A DNA stretch of 63,826 nt, the filler included, from Reclinomonas americana ATCC 50394 (lineage: Eukaryota), in assembly GCA_048213135.1 (NCBI GenBank). It is 7 parts of 3 records of this genome, joined end to end, with 100 filler letters (N's around TTAATTAATTAA, not from the genome) between each part and the next. Parts side by side here need not be neighbours in the genome. Positions count along the whole stretch, not along the records: positions 1 to 6,289 come from PS015327.1; positions 6,390 to 15,267 come from PS015327.1; positions 15,368 to 46,388 come from PS015327.1; 4 more parts are not named here. One strand, 5' to 3'. The notes under the pieces were generated by a model. That model did no database searches. It was not told where the DNA came from and worked only from the letters and a program-made list of their open reading frames with translations. Shown here in pieces: positions 1-15,584 of this stretch. Each line of letters opens with the position of its first letter. Position 1 is the stretch's first letter. The translations under genes were made by a program, and so were the position numbers.

Positions 1-214
1 GGGAGACAGGGGAAGGGTATCAAGCAGAGTGGTGCTCTGATCCTTCTCGTGACTCTCCCTCCTACTCCTGCTACGCACCGTGCGAATAACCTCACAGCCA
101 ACCGACATCGCCACCACGTTTGAATGCACAGAGCACTTTGCTGTCGCCCACGATAGGCGCGCCAGGCCTGTTGAATACGACTTGCCGCTCGCCACTGCCG
201 TCACATAAATGAGC

Positions 215-708
215 TCAGCGCAAGCAACGCGATTTTCGATGGAGACGACTCAGACGCACCGCACGGTAACCCACAGCTATCCTCTGCATGCGCCAGGCAC
301 GGATCCGTGATGTGCAGTGCTGGAGCGCCTTGCGGAACTCTTCGTGCAGCTGCACACCCAGCACATGCACGTGTGCAATCAGTGGACCCAGTGTGTCCGG
401 CGGCTGCTCCTCCACGGTTTCGTCCGCCTCCACCGGCGCCAGTTCCAGAATGACGGTGGCCTCCAAGTCGTCGCCGTCGTCATCGCTGTCGTCCACGACC
501 GCTGGAGATTCGATCAGGCGTCGCATCACGCGCGGTGCGCATGGGGTCTCAGCTTCGTCGTCGACCTCTTCCTGATTGTCGAGGAGGCGAGTCTGTGTGG
601 TCGGCGCCAGCGAGTTGCGGACGACAATGCGGCCGCGACGGGTGCGGAGGACGATGCGGCCGTCGTTGATGTCGTCGTCTTTGGTCGGGCGTGGCGGTGC
701 GTGGTGCT
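215..708 (-). CDS. Probable terminal coding exon of an unknown protein (acidic middle, basic C-terminus); may be the 3' end of the kelch gene
   Basis: GC-rich open frame HHAPPRPTKDDDINDG...RKSRCLR* following a polypyrimidine tract ending in CAG; no recognisable domain. Confidence 0.3.
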
Positions 709-1399
709 GGGGGAGGCGGGGTGTGTGAGAAGGGGAAGGGAAGGTGGAAGGGAGAAGGGGGAAGGGGGAAGGGGAAGGGGAAGGGGGAAGGGGAAGGGGG
801 AAGGGGGAGGGGAGGGGGAGGGGGAGGGGAAGGAAAAGAGGGAAGGGAAAAGGGGGAAGGGAAAGGGGGAAGGAACAGGGGGAAGGGAAAGGGGGAAGGC
901 AAAGGGGGAAGGAACAGGGGAAGGAACGACTGCATAGGTGCGGAAACGAACGCAATCATGCGGCGGGGAGAGCGAGAGGCAGCACGTTCAATAACGTGGC
1001 CGAGCGCGCGACTGTGTGTAAGGGACAGGAAAGGCGGGTGTGTCTGAAACTCGTCCACACAAAGAACACCTCACCCTGAAGCGCATGAGTGCAGGAAAAT
1101 CATGACAAAAGAATAACACGCAGCGACACGTAAACCAACACAGGAATCAAGCGCACAAAACACAAACGATCGCCACACGCTCACTCGCTTCTGCCTGGCG
1201 GAAGGGCGACTGACGCGAATCTGCAAGTGCTGACCGCGAAGGAGAAATTGACAGACACATGGCAAACAGAAACACAGAGAAAGGGAGGATGCGTGAGAGA
1301 GTGAGAGAGAGAGAGAGTGACAGAGAGAGAGGAGGGGACGGGAATGAGAGAGAAAGACAGAATGGCTGAGAATGATTGCATCAGGAGGCACGTTCTTCC

Positions 1400-2124
<725 letters not shown>

Positions 2125-2203
2125 CAAGAGAGAGAGAGAGAGAGCGTCAGCAGTCAGACAGCGAATGATGTGACCAACAGAAGGGAGGAAGAAATACACA
2201 ACT

Positions 2204-3384
2204 CGTGTCCAACATCCACGTATCGGCAAACAACTGCGCTCCATCGCCGCCTCCAAACAAGTACACATCGTCGCCAACCACACACGTTGAGTGGAAGAAG
2301 CGCGCTGGAGGCCGCTCACTGCTCACATCCAAACGGATCCACTCCAGCGGGTCTCGTGGATTGTCTGGTGTGGAGATGAGCTCGTGTCTTTTGAGTCTCG
2401 AGGGAGGGAGAGTGAGCACACCTGTTCTTCTGAGTGCGTAGAGGTCGTCGAGAGCGAGTTCTCCGGAACATCCGCCGTGCACCAGAAGTACGCCTTGTTG
2501 CTCGAGGAAGGTGCTCGAGTGGTAGTACCTGTGTGTGTGTGTGTGTGTGTGAGTGTGTGAGTGAGAGGAGAGAGAGGGGGAGGGGAAGGGGGGAGAGGAG
2601 AGAGGAGAGAGGAGAGGGGAAGATCGGGCACGTGTGTGACGCGAAGATCATCAAAGTGCGCGTGTGTTTGTGCGCGTGTGAGTGTGTGTGCTTACCGAGG
2701 TATTGGTGTGAGCCCACTCTCGGGAGCACGTACATAGAAGAGCGCGGGCGCACTGGTCATGCGTGTCTGAGGTTGTGCGCAACTAGATAGGGGGTCCGAT
2801 CGTCGGATTGAGATTGGCTTCGCCAAACGACCGACTGCTGTAGATCGTCGTCGTGACGGAATGCGTTTCTCGTCACTGAAACGCATTTCTTCCTTTTGCG
2901 TGTGTGCGTGACGTTCTCCGTTCCGCAGCGGTGATGATGGAAGCGCGGCAAGAAGCGTGACTACGCACATGGCTACGCTGCATAAATGTCAGATTGTCAA
3001 AGCAGTGCTGCTGTGGGAGGATGGACGCACCTTCAGCGTGGAGCCAGATGTGCGTGTGCCCAGACTGCCATTCGTCACTCACCGACTCTGGTCACGCAGC
3101 ACCAGCACGGTCCATGTTCCCATATGACAAGGCTTCGTGCTGCACAAGCAGCTGCAGTTGTTTGAATCCGAAGACGTTGATTGCAATCTCTGAATCCTGC
3201 TGTCGATGTTCCACGCTCAGCACGAGCCCTGGAGGCACAAATGGCACTCAATCAGCAGACCTGACAAGCGTGCGCATGCGCGCTTGTGTGTTCTCACGCA
3301 CATGCACCTCAGTCCAATCCACACTGTTCCTGAACCGCCGTCAAGTTGGCGATCATCCCGCAGCACTGGAATACGCTGCAGCAT
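2204..3384 (-). CDS. Kelch-repeat protein, multi-exon; 5' exons and 3' end uncertain
   Basis: Spliced exons (~2893-2696, ~2528-2425, ~2370-2204) give PIPRYYHSSTFLEQQGVLLVHGGCSGELALDDLYAL and WIRLDVSSERPPARFFHSTCVVGDDVYLFGGGDGAQLFADTWMLD, typical kelch P-x-x-R-x-x-H...GG motifs. Confidence 0.75.
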
Positions 3385-4624
3385 TGTAAACTCACTCTCT
3401 CGCCGTCCCTTTCAAAACAAGAATCCAACAACTCATCCAACCAATCAAAATCGACTTATCCAAGCGCGCGCGCGAAACACACTCAGTGGTCTCCCTGCTG
3501 TCTTTCTGTCTCTCCTCGCTCTCCTCCATCACCATCAACACACACTCAGAGTACGCGGTGAACGGCGAGCACACGCACCGTCAATCTCTTCCCCTCCTCC
3601 CTCCCTCACTCACTCTCTCTCCACCTCTCACTCCCCAGTNNNNNNNNNNNNNNNNNNNNNNNNNNNNNNNNNNNNNNNNNNNNNNNNNNNNNNNNNNNNN
3701 NNNNNNNNNNNNNNNNNNNNNNNNNNNNNNNNNNNNNNNNNNNNNNNNNNNNNNNNNNNNNNNNNNNNNNNNNNNNNNNNNNNNNNNNNNNNNNNNNNNN
3801 NNNNNNNNNNNNNNNNNNNNNNNNNNNNNNNNNNNNNNNNNNNNNNNNNNNNNNNNNNNNNNNNNNNNNNNNNNNNNNNNNNNNNNNNNNNNNNNNNNNN
3901 NNNNNNNNNNNNNNNNNNNNNNNNNNNNNNNNNNNNNNNNNNNNNNNNNNNNNNNNNNNNNNNNNNNNNNNNNNNNNNNNNNNNNNNNNNNNNNNNNNNN
4001 NNNNNNNNNNNNNNNNNNNNNNNNNNNNNNNNNNNNNNNNNNNNNNNNNNNNNNNNNNNNNNNNNNNNNNNNNNNNNNNNNNGGGAAGGGAAGAGAATGA
4101 AGGACGAGAGCAAAGGCGGAAGGGGAAAGAGAATGAGGGAGGTGCAGGACATAGGGTCCAGAGTGTAAATGAGTGCGAGAGGGAAATCTGCGACCGACGG
4201 GGATGGAAAAGGGAAGAGGAATAAGGGAAAGGCGGAAGGAAATAGGGAAGGAAGGGGGAAGGAGTGAGGGAAACGGGTATAGGAGAAAGGGTTCAGAGTG
4301 TAAACGAGTGCGAGAGTGAGAGAAAGTGATGACAGACAGGGATGGAAAAAAGGGAAGGGGAAGACGGGAAAGGGGAATGAGGGAAAGGGGGACAAGGGAA
4401 AGGGGAAGGATGTATGAAGAGAGAAATGGCGGAAGGGGAAAGACAGCGGACTTGATTCACGTGTATGTCTGTCACACTCATCTCTCTCTAGCTTTCTCTG
4501 TTGTCTGTCTCTCTCTCTCGCCATTCTCTCTGTTGAGTGCAAGACAAGAACATGAGACAGCGACAATACAAAGAGAGTTCCCGACCTTGCGCAATCCCAC
4601 CCCCTCCCCCACGCAAGCATGCAC

Positions 4625-7793
<3,169 letters not shown>

Positions 7794-8205
7794 CTCTCAC
7801 TCAGCGCTCCTGTCACAAAAAGAAAAAAGAAACACACAATGAAAAAACTGCAAATGAATGGATTGGCAGTTGTCTTTCCCGCGCAAAATGGATGCGTTGT
7901 TTTTCCGATGACGAAGAAGCACTTACTTGCTGCAGCACAAAGCGTGTGTGATAAAAGGCACTGGAAAGGCAGGGTGTGAGAGATAAACATGGACTGCAAC
8001 TTGGCATACAATTGCAAGACTTTTCGAGATCGCGCGATAGCGATTGCGCTTGTGTCTTGCTTGCATTCATGCCGGAGGCATCCTCTCTTGCAGGGAGTCG
8101 CTGTGAGTTGCTGCAAGGGCAATCACCTTGATGCGGGAAACAAGAGACAATTGCACGAGCGAGCCTTTATGATATCACTTCTCACACACTTTGCGCGAGA
8201 TCAGA

Positions 8206-9403
8206 ATGACGTCCAAGGTGTGCTTGTGGTGTGCGTGTGTGTGCGTGTGTGTATGTGCGTTTGTGCGTTTCGCTTATTGTCTCGTGTGTGCGCGTGTGTG
8301 TTTTTGTGCGTGCGTGTGTTTGTGTTTGTTTGTGTGTGTTTCACTTCTGTCTTTGAATGTGCGTTTCACCGCGTGTACAGGTGTTGGAGGGACACACAGA
8401 TGAGGTGACCTGTGTCACCGTCACCCCCGATGGCCGGCACATTGTAAGCGGGAGTAAAAATAGCGAAGTTCACGTGTGGCCACTGGCGAGCGGGGAGGAG
8501 GTGCGACGGTATGAGTACGGCGGCGAAGAGATCTGGTCTGTCGCCGTCACACCAGACGGGCAGCACGTGGTGTGTGGGAGCAACTGCTGCATTGCGGTCC
8601 TCTCCATTGCGAGTGGTGACACACGATCGATTACGATATCGATGGATCGGTGATGTCCATTGCCATCACTCCCGATGGTCAACACGTCGCGAGTGGCTGT
8701 CTTGACGGGATAGTGCGCGTGTCGTCACTGGCGACTGGCAAGGTGGTGCGACGATAGACACACAAACAGTGTGTATTCTGTTGCCGTCACTCCTGACGGT
8801 CAACACGTGGTGAGCGGCAGTGATGACAATACGGTGCGCGTGTGGTCACTCGTGACTGGCAAGGAGGTGCGACAGTTTGACGGACACACTGATAGTGTGT
8901 GTGCTGTCGCCGTCACTCCCGACGGACAGCACGTCGTGAGTGGGAGTGACGACGGGACGGTGCGGGTGTTTTCTCTGGCGAGCGGACAAGAGTGGCGGCG
9001 GCTGGAGGGGCACACTGAAGCGGTTTGGTCTGTCGTTGTCACTCCCGATGGACAGCACGTCGTGAGTGGGAGTGACGACGGGACGGTTCGAGTGTGGTCA
9101 TTGGCGAGTGGAGAGGAAATGCGACGATTGGTGGGACATACTCGAGCCGTGATGTCCGTCGCCGTTACCCCCGACGAGCAGCACATTGTCAGTGGCAGTG
9201 GAGATCAGACGATCCGAGTGTGGTCTTCGCCGCGTGGCCTCGCTCAGCAGGAGCTCTTGGCGGCTCGATTGGCTGTGCTGGCCGTCAACGAGCTGCTTGC
9301 CGCAGATGATGAGGATCGCGACTGGATCCTTGTGGATGTGGTGCTGCGGTGCTTTGTGGCGGAGGATGCCGAAGTGATTGTACGTCGTGCGCCGGAGTGG
9401 TGA
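8206..9403 (+). pseudogene. WD40 array copy 1 (7 blades + conserved tail), disrupted
   Basis: MTSK exon 8206-8217, intron 8218-8380; blade 3 lies in a shifted frame (~8625-8754) ending in TAG 8755-8757; original frame resumes by 8771. Confidence 0.75.
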
Positions 9404-9821
9404 AGGCGGGCGAAGGGTTGTATATGAGTGAAGCTCGAATCCTCTCTTGTAGTTGGTATCCATGATACGATGCAGTCCCTGGAGACTGCAAAGAGTTCAC
9501 TGTCAAAATGCATTGACGACGCCGAGCGTCTGCAGAGATCCACGCATGCAGGAAAACTGCCGCATCACCACCACACAGAGTGAGGTGCTCCTACTGCGGG
9601 GCAGAAATCGTCGGTTCTGAGTAGGTTGGCGACCCGGTTGTTTGCGTGCACGGATAGCTCTAGTTGATGGTTTGTAAATAGATGGGAATGGTACGGAGTA
9701 CCGACACAGAAGCAAATGAAACCCAGTTTGTCGAAACGAGGAGTCTGTGAAGAATGAGAGACAATCGGGCGAAAGCGAGCAACGAAACGCTACGCACGCA
9801 CTCGCCTCTGCAACAAGCAGA

Positions 9822-10970
9822 ATGACATCCAAGGTGTGCTCTGGCTGTCCTCCCTGTGTGCGTGCGTGTGTCTCACCACAAGCGCAGGTGTTGAACGGGC
9901 TCACTGGCTTCGTGCAGTCCGTCGCCGTCACTCCCGATGGTCAGCACATTGCAGGCGCGAGCTACAGTGGCCAGCTTTGTGTGTGGTCACTGGCGAGTGG
10001 GGAAGAGGTGCGACGGATGGAGGAAGACACAGGTGCAATGCAAGCCGTCACCGTAACTCACGACGGCCATCACATCGTGAGTGCAAGTGATGACCACACA
10101 GTGCGAGTGTGGTCACTGATGAGCGGCAAGCAACTGCGACTGTTTGTTGGATATGTTTGGGGCATGTCCAATGTCGTCGTCACAACCGATAGTCAGCACA
10201 TCGTGTGTGGGGGTTGCGTCGGCCCCGCGGACAGGAGGGGCAAGGGACTTGGACTTTCTCTGGGGAGTTGCCGAGTGGGAATGTGGTCACTGACGACTGG
10301 AAAACAGGTGCGGCGGCTGGTGGGTCACACTGAACCGGTGAAGTCTGTTGCCGTCACTCCCGACGGCCAGCACGTTGTGAGTGCGAGTGACGACAAGACC
10401 GTGCGTGTGTGGTCACTCGCGAGTGGAGAAGAGGTGCGACGGTTGGAGAGATGTACTGGATTGGTGAACTCTGTCGCCGTCACTCCCGATGGCCTGTACG
10501 TTGTGAGCGGCGGTGATGACGAGACAGTACGAGTGTGGTCGCTGGCGACAGGAGACGAAGTGCGACGGCTGGTGGGCCACACCTCTTGGGTGACAACTGT
10601 CGCCGTCACTTTCGATGGTCTTCATATTGTGAGCGGGAGTAATGACGAGACCGTGCGAGTCTGGTCACTGGCGAGTGGACAGGAAGTGCGACGGTTGAAT
10701 GGGCATGCTGACGCCGTGTTATCCGTCGCCGTCACTCGCGATGGTCTGCACATTGTCAGTGGGGGTGCGGATAGCATCGTTCGAGTGTGGTCCTCGCCGC
10801 GTGGCGTCGCCCATCTGGAGCTCTTGGCGGCTCGATTGGCGGTGCTGGCCGTCAACGAGCTGCTTGATGATGAGGGCGATGATCCCGACTGGATCCTTGT
10901 GGATGTCGTGCTGCGGTGCTTTCTGGTGGAGGATGCCGAAGTGATCGAGCGCCGTGCGCCGGGGTGGTGA
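9822..10970 (+). CDS. WD40 array copy 2: 7-blade propeller + conserved C-terminal tail
   Basis: Exon 9822-9833 (MTSK), intron 9834-9887; seven repeats of type GH..V.SVAVTPDG.H.VSGS.D.TVRVWS; ends RRAPGW*. Confidence 0.88.
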   Translation: MTSKVCSGCPPCVRACVSPQAQVLNGLTGFVQSVAVTPDGQHIAGASYSGQLCVWSLASGEEVRRMEEDTGAMQAVTVTHDGHHIVSASDDHTVRVWSLMSGKQLRLFVGYVWGMSNVVVTTDSQHIVCGGCVGPADRRGKGLGLSLGSCRVGMWSLTTGKQVRRLVGHTEPVKSVAVTPDGQHVVSASDDKTVRVWSLASGEEVRRLERCTGLVNSVAVTPDGLYVVSGGDDETVRVWSLATGDEVRRLVGHTSWVTTVAVTFDGLHIVSGSNDETVRVWSLASGQEVRRLNGHADAVLSVAVTRDGLHIVSGGADSIVRVWSSPRGVAHLELLAARLAVLAVNELLDDEGDDPDWILVDVVLRCFLVEDAEVIERRAPGW

Positions 10971-11292
10971 GCAATGAGCAAAGAGGTTGAGCGCTGGTAT
11001 TCAAATGAAGGCCACTCGTTGCCTGTCTTGTCTGGGTCACAACGGCGAAGATGATTCGAGGCGCAGACATCAGCATCAGGTCCATGGCTGAATTCATGTG
11101 TGCAGGCACATGAAAGACAACCTAGAGTCCACCATTCAATTGCAGTGACGATGCCAAGTGTCTATAGAGATCCACCCATGCAGGAAAGCTGACTCATCGC
11201 CACCGCGCCGAGTGAAGAGTTCAACCGAGAAGTGAGAAACAGAATCGCGAGCGAGCAATCCACTCTCTCACACACGCTTTTGCGAGAACAGA

Positions 11293-12397
11293 ATGATGAT
11301 GTCCAAGGTGTGATGTGTCGTCTCTACCATGCGTCTGTATGTTTGTTTCACCACGAGCGCAGGTCTTGAAGGGAGACGCGGGCGAGGTGACTTGTGTCGC
11401 CCTCACTCCCGATGGTCTGCACATTGTAAGCGGAAACATGAAAGGCCAACTGCGAGTGTGGTCACTGGCGAGTGGGGAAGAAGAGCGACGGTATGAGCAC
11501 GGTGAACCAATCCGATCTGTTGCCGTGACTCCTGACGGGCGGCACATCGTATTTGGGAGAGATGTCTGCATCGTTTCTCTGCTTTCCTTTGCCACTGGAG
11601 AGCAAGTGCGACTGCTTGACACTGACGAATACGATGGAGCGGTGATGTTCACCGCGGTCGCCCCCGACGGTCAACACGTTGTGAGTGGGGGTATGGACAG
11701 CACAGTGCGACTGTGGTCACTGGCGACTGGCAAGGAGCTGCAACGGTTTGAGGGACACACGGACTATGTGTCTTCCGTTGCTGTCTCTCCTGACGGTCAG
11801 CACATCATCAGCGGAGGCGATGACAAAACAGTACGTGTGTGGTCACTTGTGACTGGGAAGATAGTGTGGAACTGCCGGGGACACACTGCCTTTGTGTTGT
11901 CTGTCGCCGTGACTCCCAGCTGCCAGCACGTTGTGAGTGGCGGCTGGGACCGTACATTGCGAGTGTGGTCACTGGCGACTGGGCAGGAGGAGCGACGGCT
12001 GGAGGGACACGCCGACACGGTGATGTCTGTCGCCGTCACTCCCGACGGTCGCCACGTTGTGAGCGGGAGCAAGGACAAGACTGTACGAATGTGGTCACTG
12101 GCGACTGGCGAAGAAGTGCGACGACTGGAGGGACATGCATCTGGAGTGAGTTGTGTCACCATCGCTGCCGACGGGCAGCACATTGTCAGCGGCAGTGAGG
12201 ACAAGACGATCCGAGTGTGGTCGTCGCCGCGTGGCCTCGCTCAGCAGGAGCTCTTGTCGGCACGTTCAGCTGTGCTGACCGTCAACGAGCTGCTTGATAA
12301 TGAGGAGGATCGCGACTGGATTCTTGTCGATGTGGTGCTGCGGTGCTTTCTGGCAGAGGACGCCGAAGTGATTGAACGCCGTATGCCGGGGTGGTGA
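11293..12397 (+). CDS. WD40 array copy 3
   Basis: Exon 11293-11307 (MMMSK), intron 11308-11362; seven WD40 repeats plus tail. Confidence 0.88.
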
Positions 12398-12604
12398 GAT
12401 CAGTCGGGCAAAGGGCTGCGCACTACTGCCAATGAAGATGCATTCTTCTCTTGTCTGGGTCAAGACAGGGAGATCGATGATTCGAGGCACAAAGGCCAAT
12501 GCATTGACAAAGGGAGCCCATTCGTGCAGGAAAACTGAAGTCATCGCGGGAGACAATCATGCATGAGTCACTCATTTGCTGTCTCACACCCACGCCAAAG
12601 TGAA

Positions 12605-13713
12605 ATGATCTCCCAGGTGCGTGCGTCTCTGTCGCTCGCTACCCCTTTGTTGCTCTCGCTCACCGCGAATGAGCGACACAGGTGTTGAAGGGACACACCA
12701 ACTGGGTGGAGTCTGTCGCGGTCACCCCCGACGGTAAGCACGTCGTGAGCGGGAGTTACGACAGCACAGTGCGTGTGTGGTCAATCGCAAGTGGAAGAGA
12801 AGTGTGTCGGTTGGAGGGATGCACGCAAGACGTGCTGTCGGTCGCCGTCACACCCGACGGTCTGCACATTGTGAGTGGAGATGGCGGTGTTGACGTGTGT
12901 GTGTGGTCGCTGGCGAGTGGCGACGAAGTGCGACGGATGGAGGGACACTCTGGAACGGTGTTCTGTGTGGCTGTCGCACCCGATGGTCAGCACATTGCCA
13001 GTGGGAGCAGCGACGAGACGGTGCGAGTGTGGTCGGTCGAGAGTGGAGAACAAGTGCGACAGTTCGACGGACACAACGGATGGGTGTTCTCTGTTGCTGT
13101 CACACCTGATTGTCAGCACGTCGTGAGCGGCACCGACGACAAGACGGTGCGAGTGTGGTCACTTGTGACTGGGAAGATAGTGTGGAACTGCCGTGGACAC
13201 ACTGCCTTTGTGTTTTCTGTCGCCGTCACTCCCGATGGCCAGCACATTCTCAGTGCGAGTGAAGACGGGACAGTGCGGGTGTGGTCACTGGCGACTGGGC
13301 ACGAGGAGCGGCGGCTGGAGGGGCACGCTAACATGGTGATGTCTATCGCTGTCACCCCCGACGGTCAACACGTTGTGAGCGGGAGCAAGGACAAGACTGT
13401 ACGCGTGTGGTCTGTAGCGAGTGGCGAAGAAGTGCAACGATTGGAGGGACATACATCTGGAGTGCGTTGTGTCGCTGTCACTCCCGACGGTGAGCACATT
13501 GTCAGCGGGGGTGAGGACGAGACGATTCGAGTGTGGTCCTCGCCGCGTGGCCTCGCCCAGCAGGAGCTCTTGGCGGCGCGTTTGGCTGTGCTGGCCGTCA
13601 ATGAGCTGTTTGCTGAGGACGATAATCGCGACTGGATCCTTGTGGATGTCGTACTGCGGTGCTTTGTGGCGGAGGATGCAGCCGTGATTGAACGCCGTGC
13701 GCCGGGGTGGTGA
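12605..13713 (+). CDS. WD40 array copy 4
   Basis: Exon 12605-12616 (MISQ), intron 12617-12681; seven WD40 repeats plus tail. Confidence 0.88.
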
Positions 13714-14018
13714 GCAATGAGCAAAGGGGTTGAGCACTGGTATTCGAATGAAGGCCACTCGTTGCCTGTCTTTGAGTCACTTCGCGATCGGTGAAGACAG
13801 ACATTCGTCCGCATGCATTCTCCTGACAACGTCGAAGCCAGTCATCGACGTTGCCAAGCGTCTATAGAGATCCACCCATGCAGGAAAACAGACATAACAG
13901 CACCGCGCCGAGTGAAGAGTTCAACCGGGAAGTGACAATCTATGCATGATGAGCGAGCAATCCACTCTATCTCTCTCTCACACACACACACACGCAAGCG
14001 CGCTTTTGCGAGAGCAGA

Positions 14019-15175
14019 ATGACATCCAAGGTGTGTGTGTGTTTCGCTTTTTTTGTCTTGTGTGTACGCGTGTGTTTGTGTGCAAGTGTGTATTTGCGTG
14101 TTTCGCTTCTGCCCTGCGTCTATTTATGGGTGTTTCACCATGAGCACAGGTCTTGAAGGGACACAGAAATGAGGTGACCTGTGTCACCGTCACCCCCGAT
14201 GGTCAGCACATTGTAAGTGTGAGTATAGATCGCCAAGTCTACGTGTGGCCACTGGAGAGTGGAGAGGAGGTGAGATGGGATGAGTTCGGCGAAGCGATCT
14301 GGTCTGTTGCCGTCACACCAGACGGGCAGCACATAGTGTGTGGGAGCGACTGTTGCATTGGAGTCCTCTCCTTTGCGAGTGGTGACTTTGAGCTTGAAAT
14401 ATCAGATTACAATGATTCGGTGATGTCCGTCGCCGTCACTCCCGACGGTCAACACGCTGTGGGTGGCAGTGTTAACTCAAGAGTGCGCGTGTGTTCACTG
14501 GCGACTGGCAAGGAGGTGCAAGTGTTCGAGGGACACACCGATCGCGTACAATCCGTCGCTGTCACTCCTGACGGTCAACACGTGGTGAGCGGCAGTGATG
14601 ACAAAACAGTGCGCGTGTGGTCACTCGTGACTGGCAAGGAGGTGCGACGACTGGAGGGACACTCTGGAACGGTGTTCTGTGTGGCTGTCGCACCCGATTG
14701 TCAGCACCTCCTCAGTGGGAGTGACGACAGGACAGTGCGGGTGTGGTCATTTGCAAGTGGACAAGAAGAGCAGCGGCTCGAGGGACACACCGACATGGTG
14801 ATGTCTGTGACCGTCACCCCCGATGGCAGGCACGTCGTGAGTGGGGGCTTTGACCGGACTGTCCGAGTGTGGTCGCTGGCGAGTGGGGAGGAAGTGCAGC
14901 GATTGGAGGGACATACATCTGGAGTGCGTTGTGTCGCCATCGCCCCCGACGGGCAGCACATTGTCAGTGGCAGTGATGACGAAACGATTCGAGTGTGGTC
15001 GTCGCCGCGTGGCCTTGCCCATCAGGAGCTCTTGGCGGCTCGTTCAGCCGTGCTGGCCGTCAACGAGCTGCTTGATGATGAGGAGGACCCCGACTGGATC
15101 CTTGTCGATGTCTTGCTGCGGTGCTTTGTGGCGGAGGATGCCGAAGTGATCGCGCGCCGTGCGCCGGGGTGGTGA
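14019..15175 (+). CDS. WD40 array copy 5
   Basis: Exon 14019-14030 (MTSK), intron 14031-14149; seven WD40 repeats plus tail. Confidence 0.88.
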
Positions 15176-15584
15176 GCGATAAGCAAAGGAGCTGAGCCCT
15201 GGTATTCGAATGAAGGCCACTCGTTGCCTGTCTAAGGGAAGATGACTGTTGGAGAAGATTTTATCTTNNNNNNNNNNNNNNNNNNNNNNNNNNNNNNNNN
15301 NNNNNNNNNNNTTAATTAATTAANNNNNNNNNNNNNNNNNNNNNNNNNNNNNNNNNNNNNNNNNNNNGTTGTTGGTCGTGTGGTCGCTGGCACAAAAGTT
15401 GAGTCAAGCAACCGAGACGGTCCACTGTTAAAATGCAGTGACGTTGCCAAGCGTCCATAGTGATACACCCGTGCAGGAAGGCTGGCTCGTCACCGCGAGG
15501 TGCAATAAACTCGAAGCGACTCGCAATCGTGCGATCCTGTCCCACGGCTCTTACTCACGCTCGTCTCTACTCTGTGAGAACAGA

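Noticed and set aside
3085..3260. In-frame TGA codons hinting at TGA=Trp reassignment
   Set aside because: An alternative acceptor avoids them; conserved genes use TGG for Trp and several end in TGA
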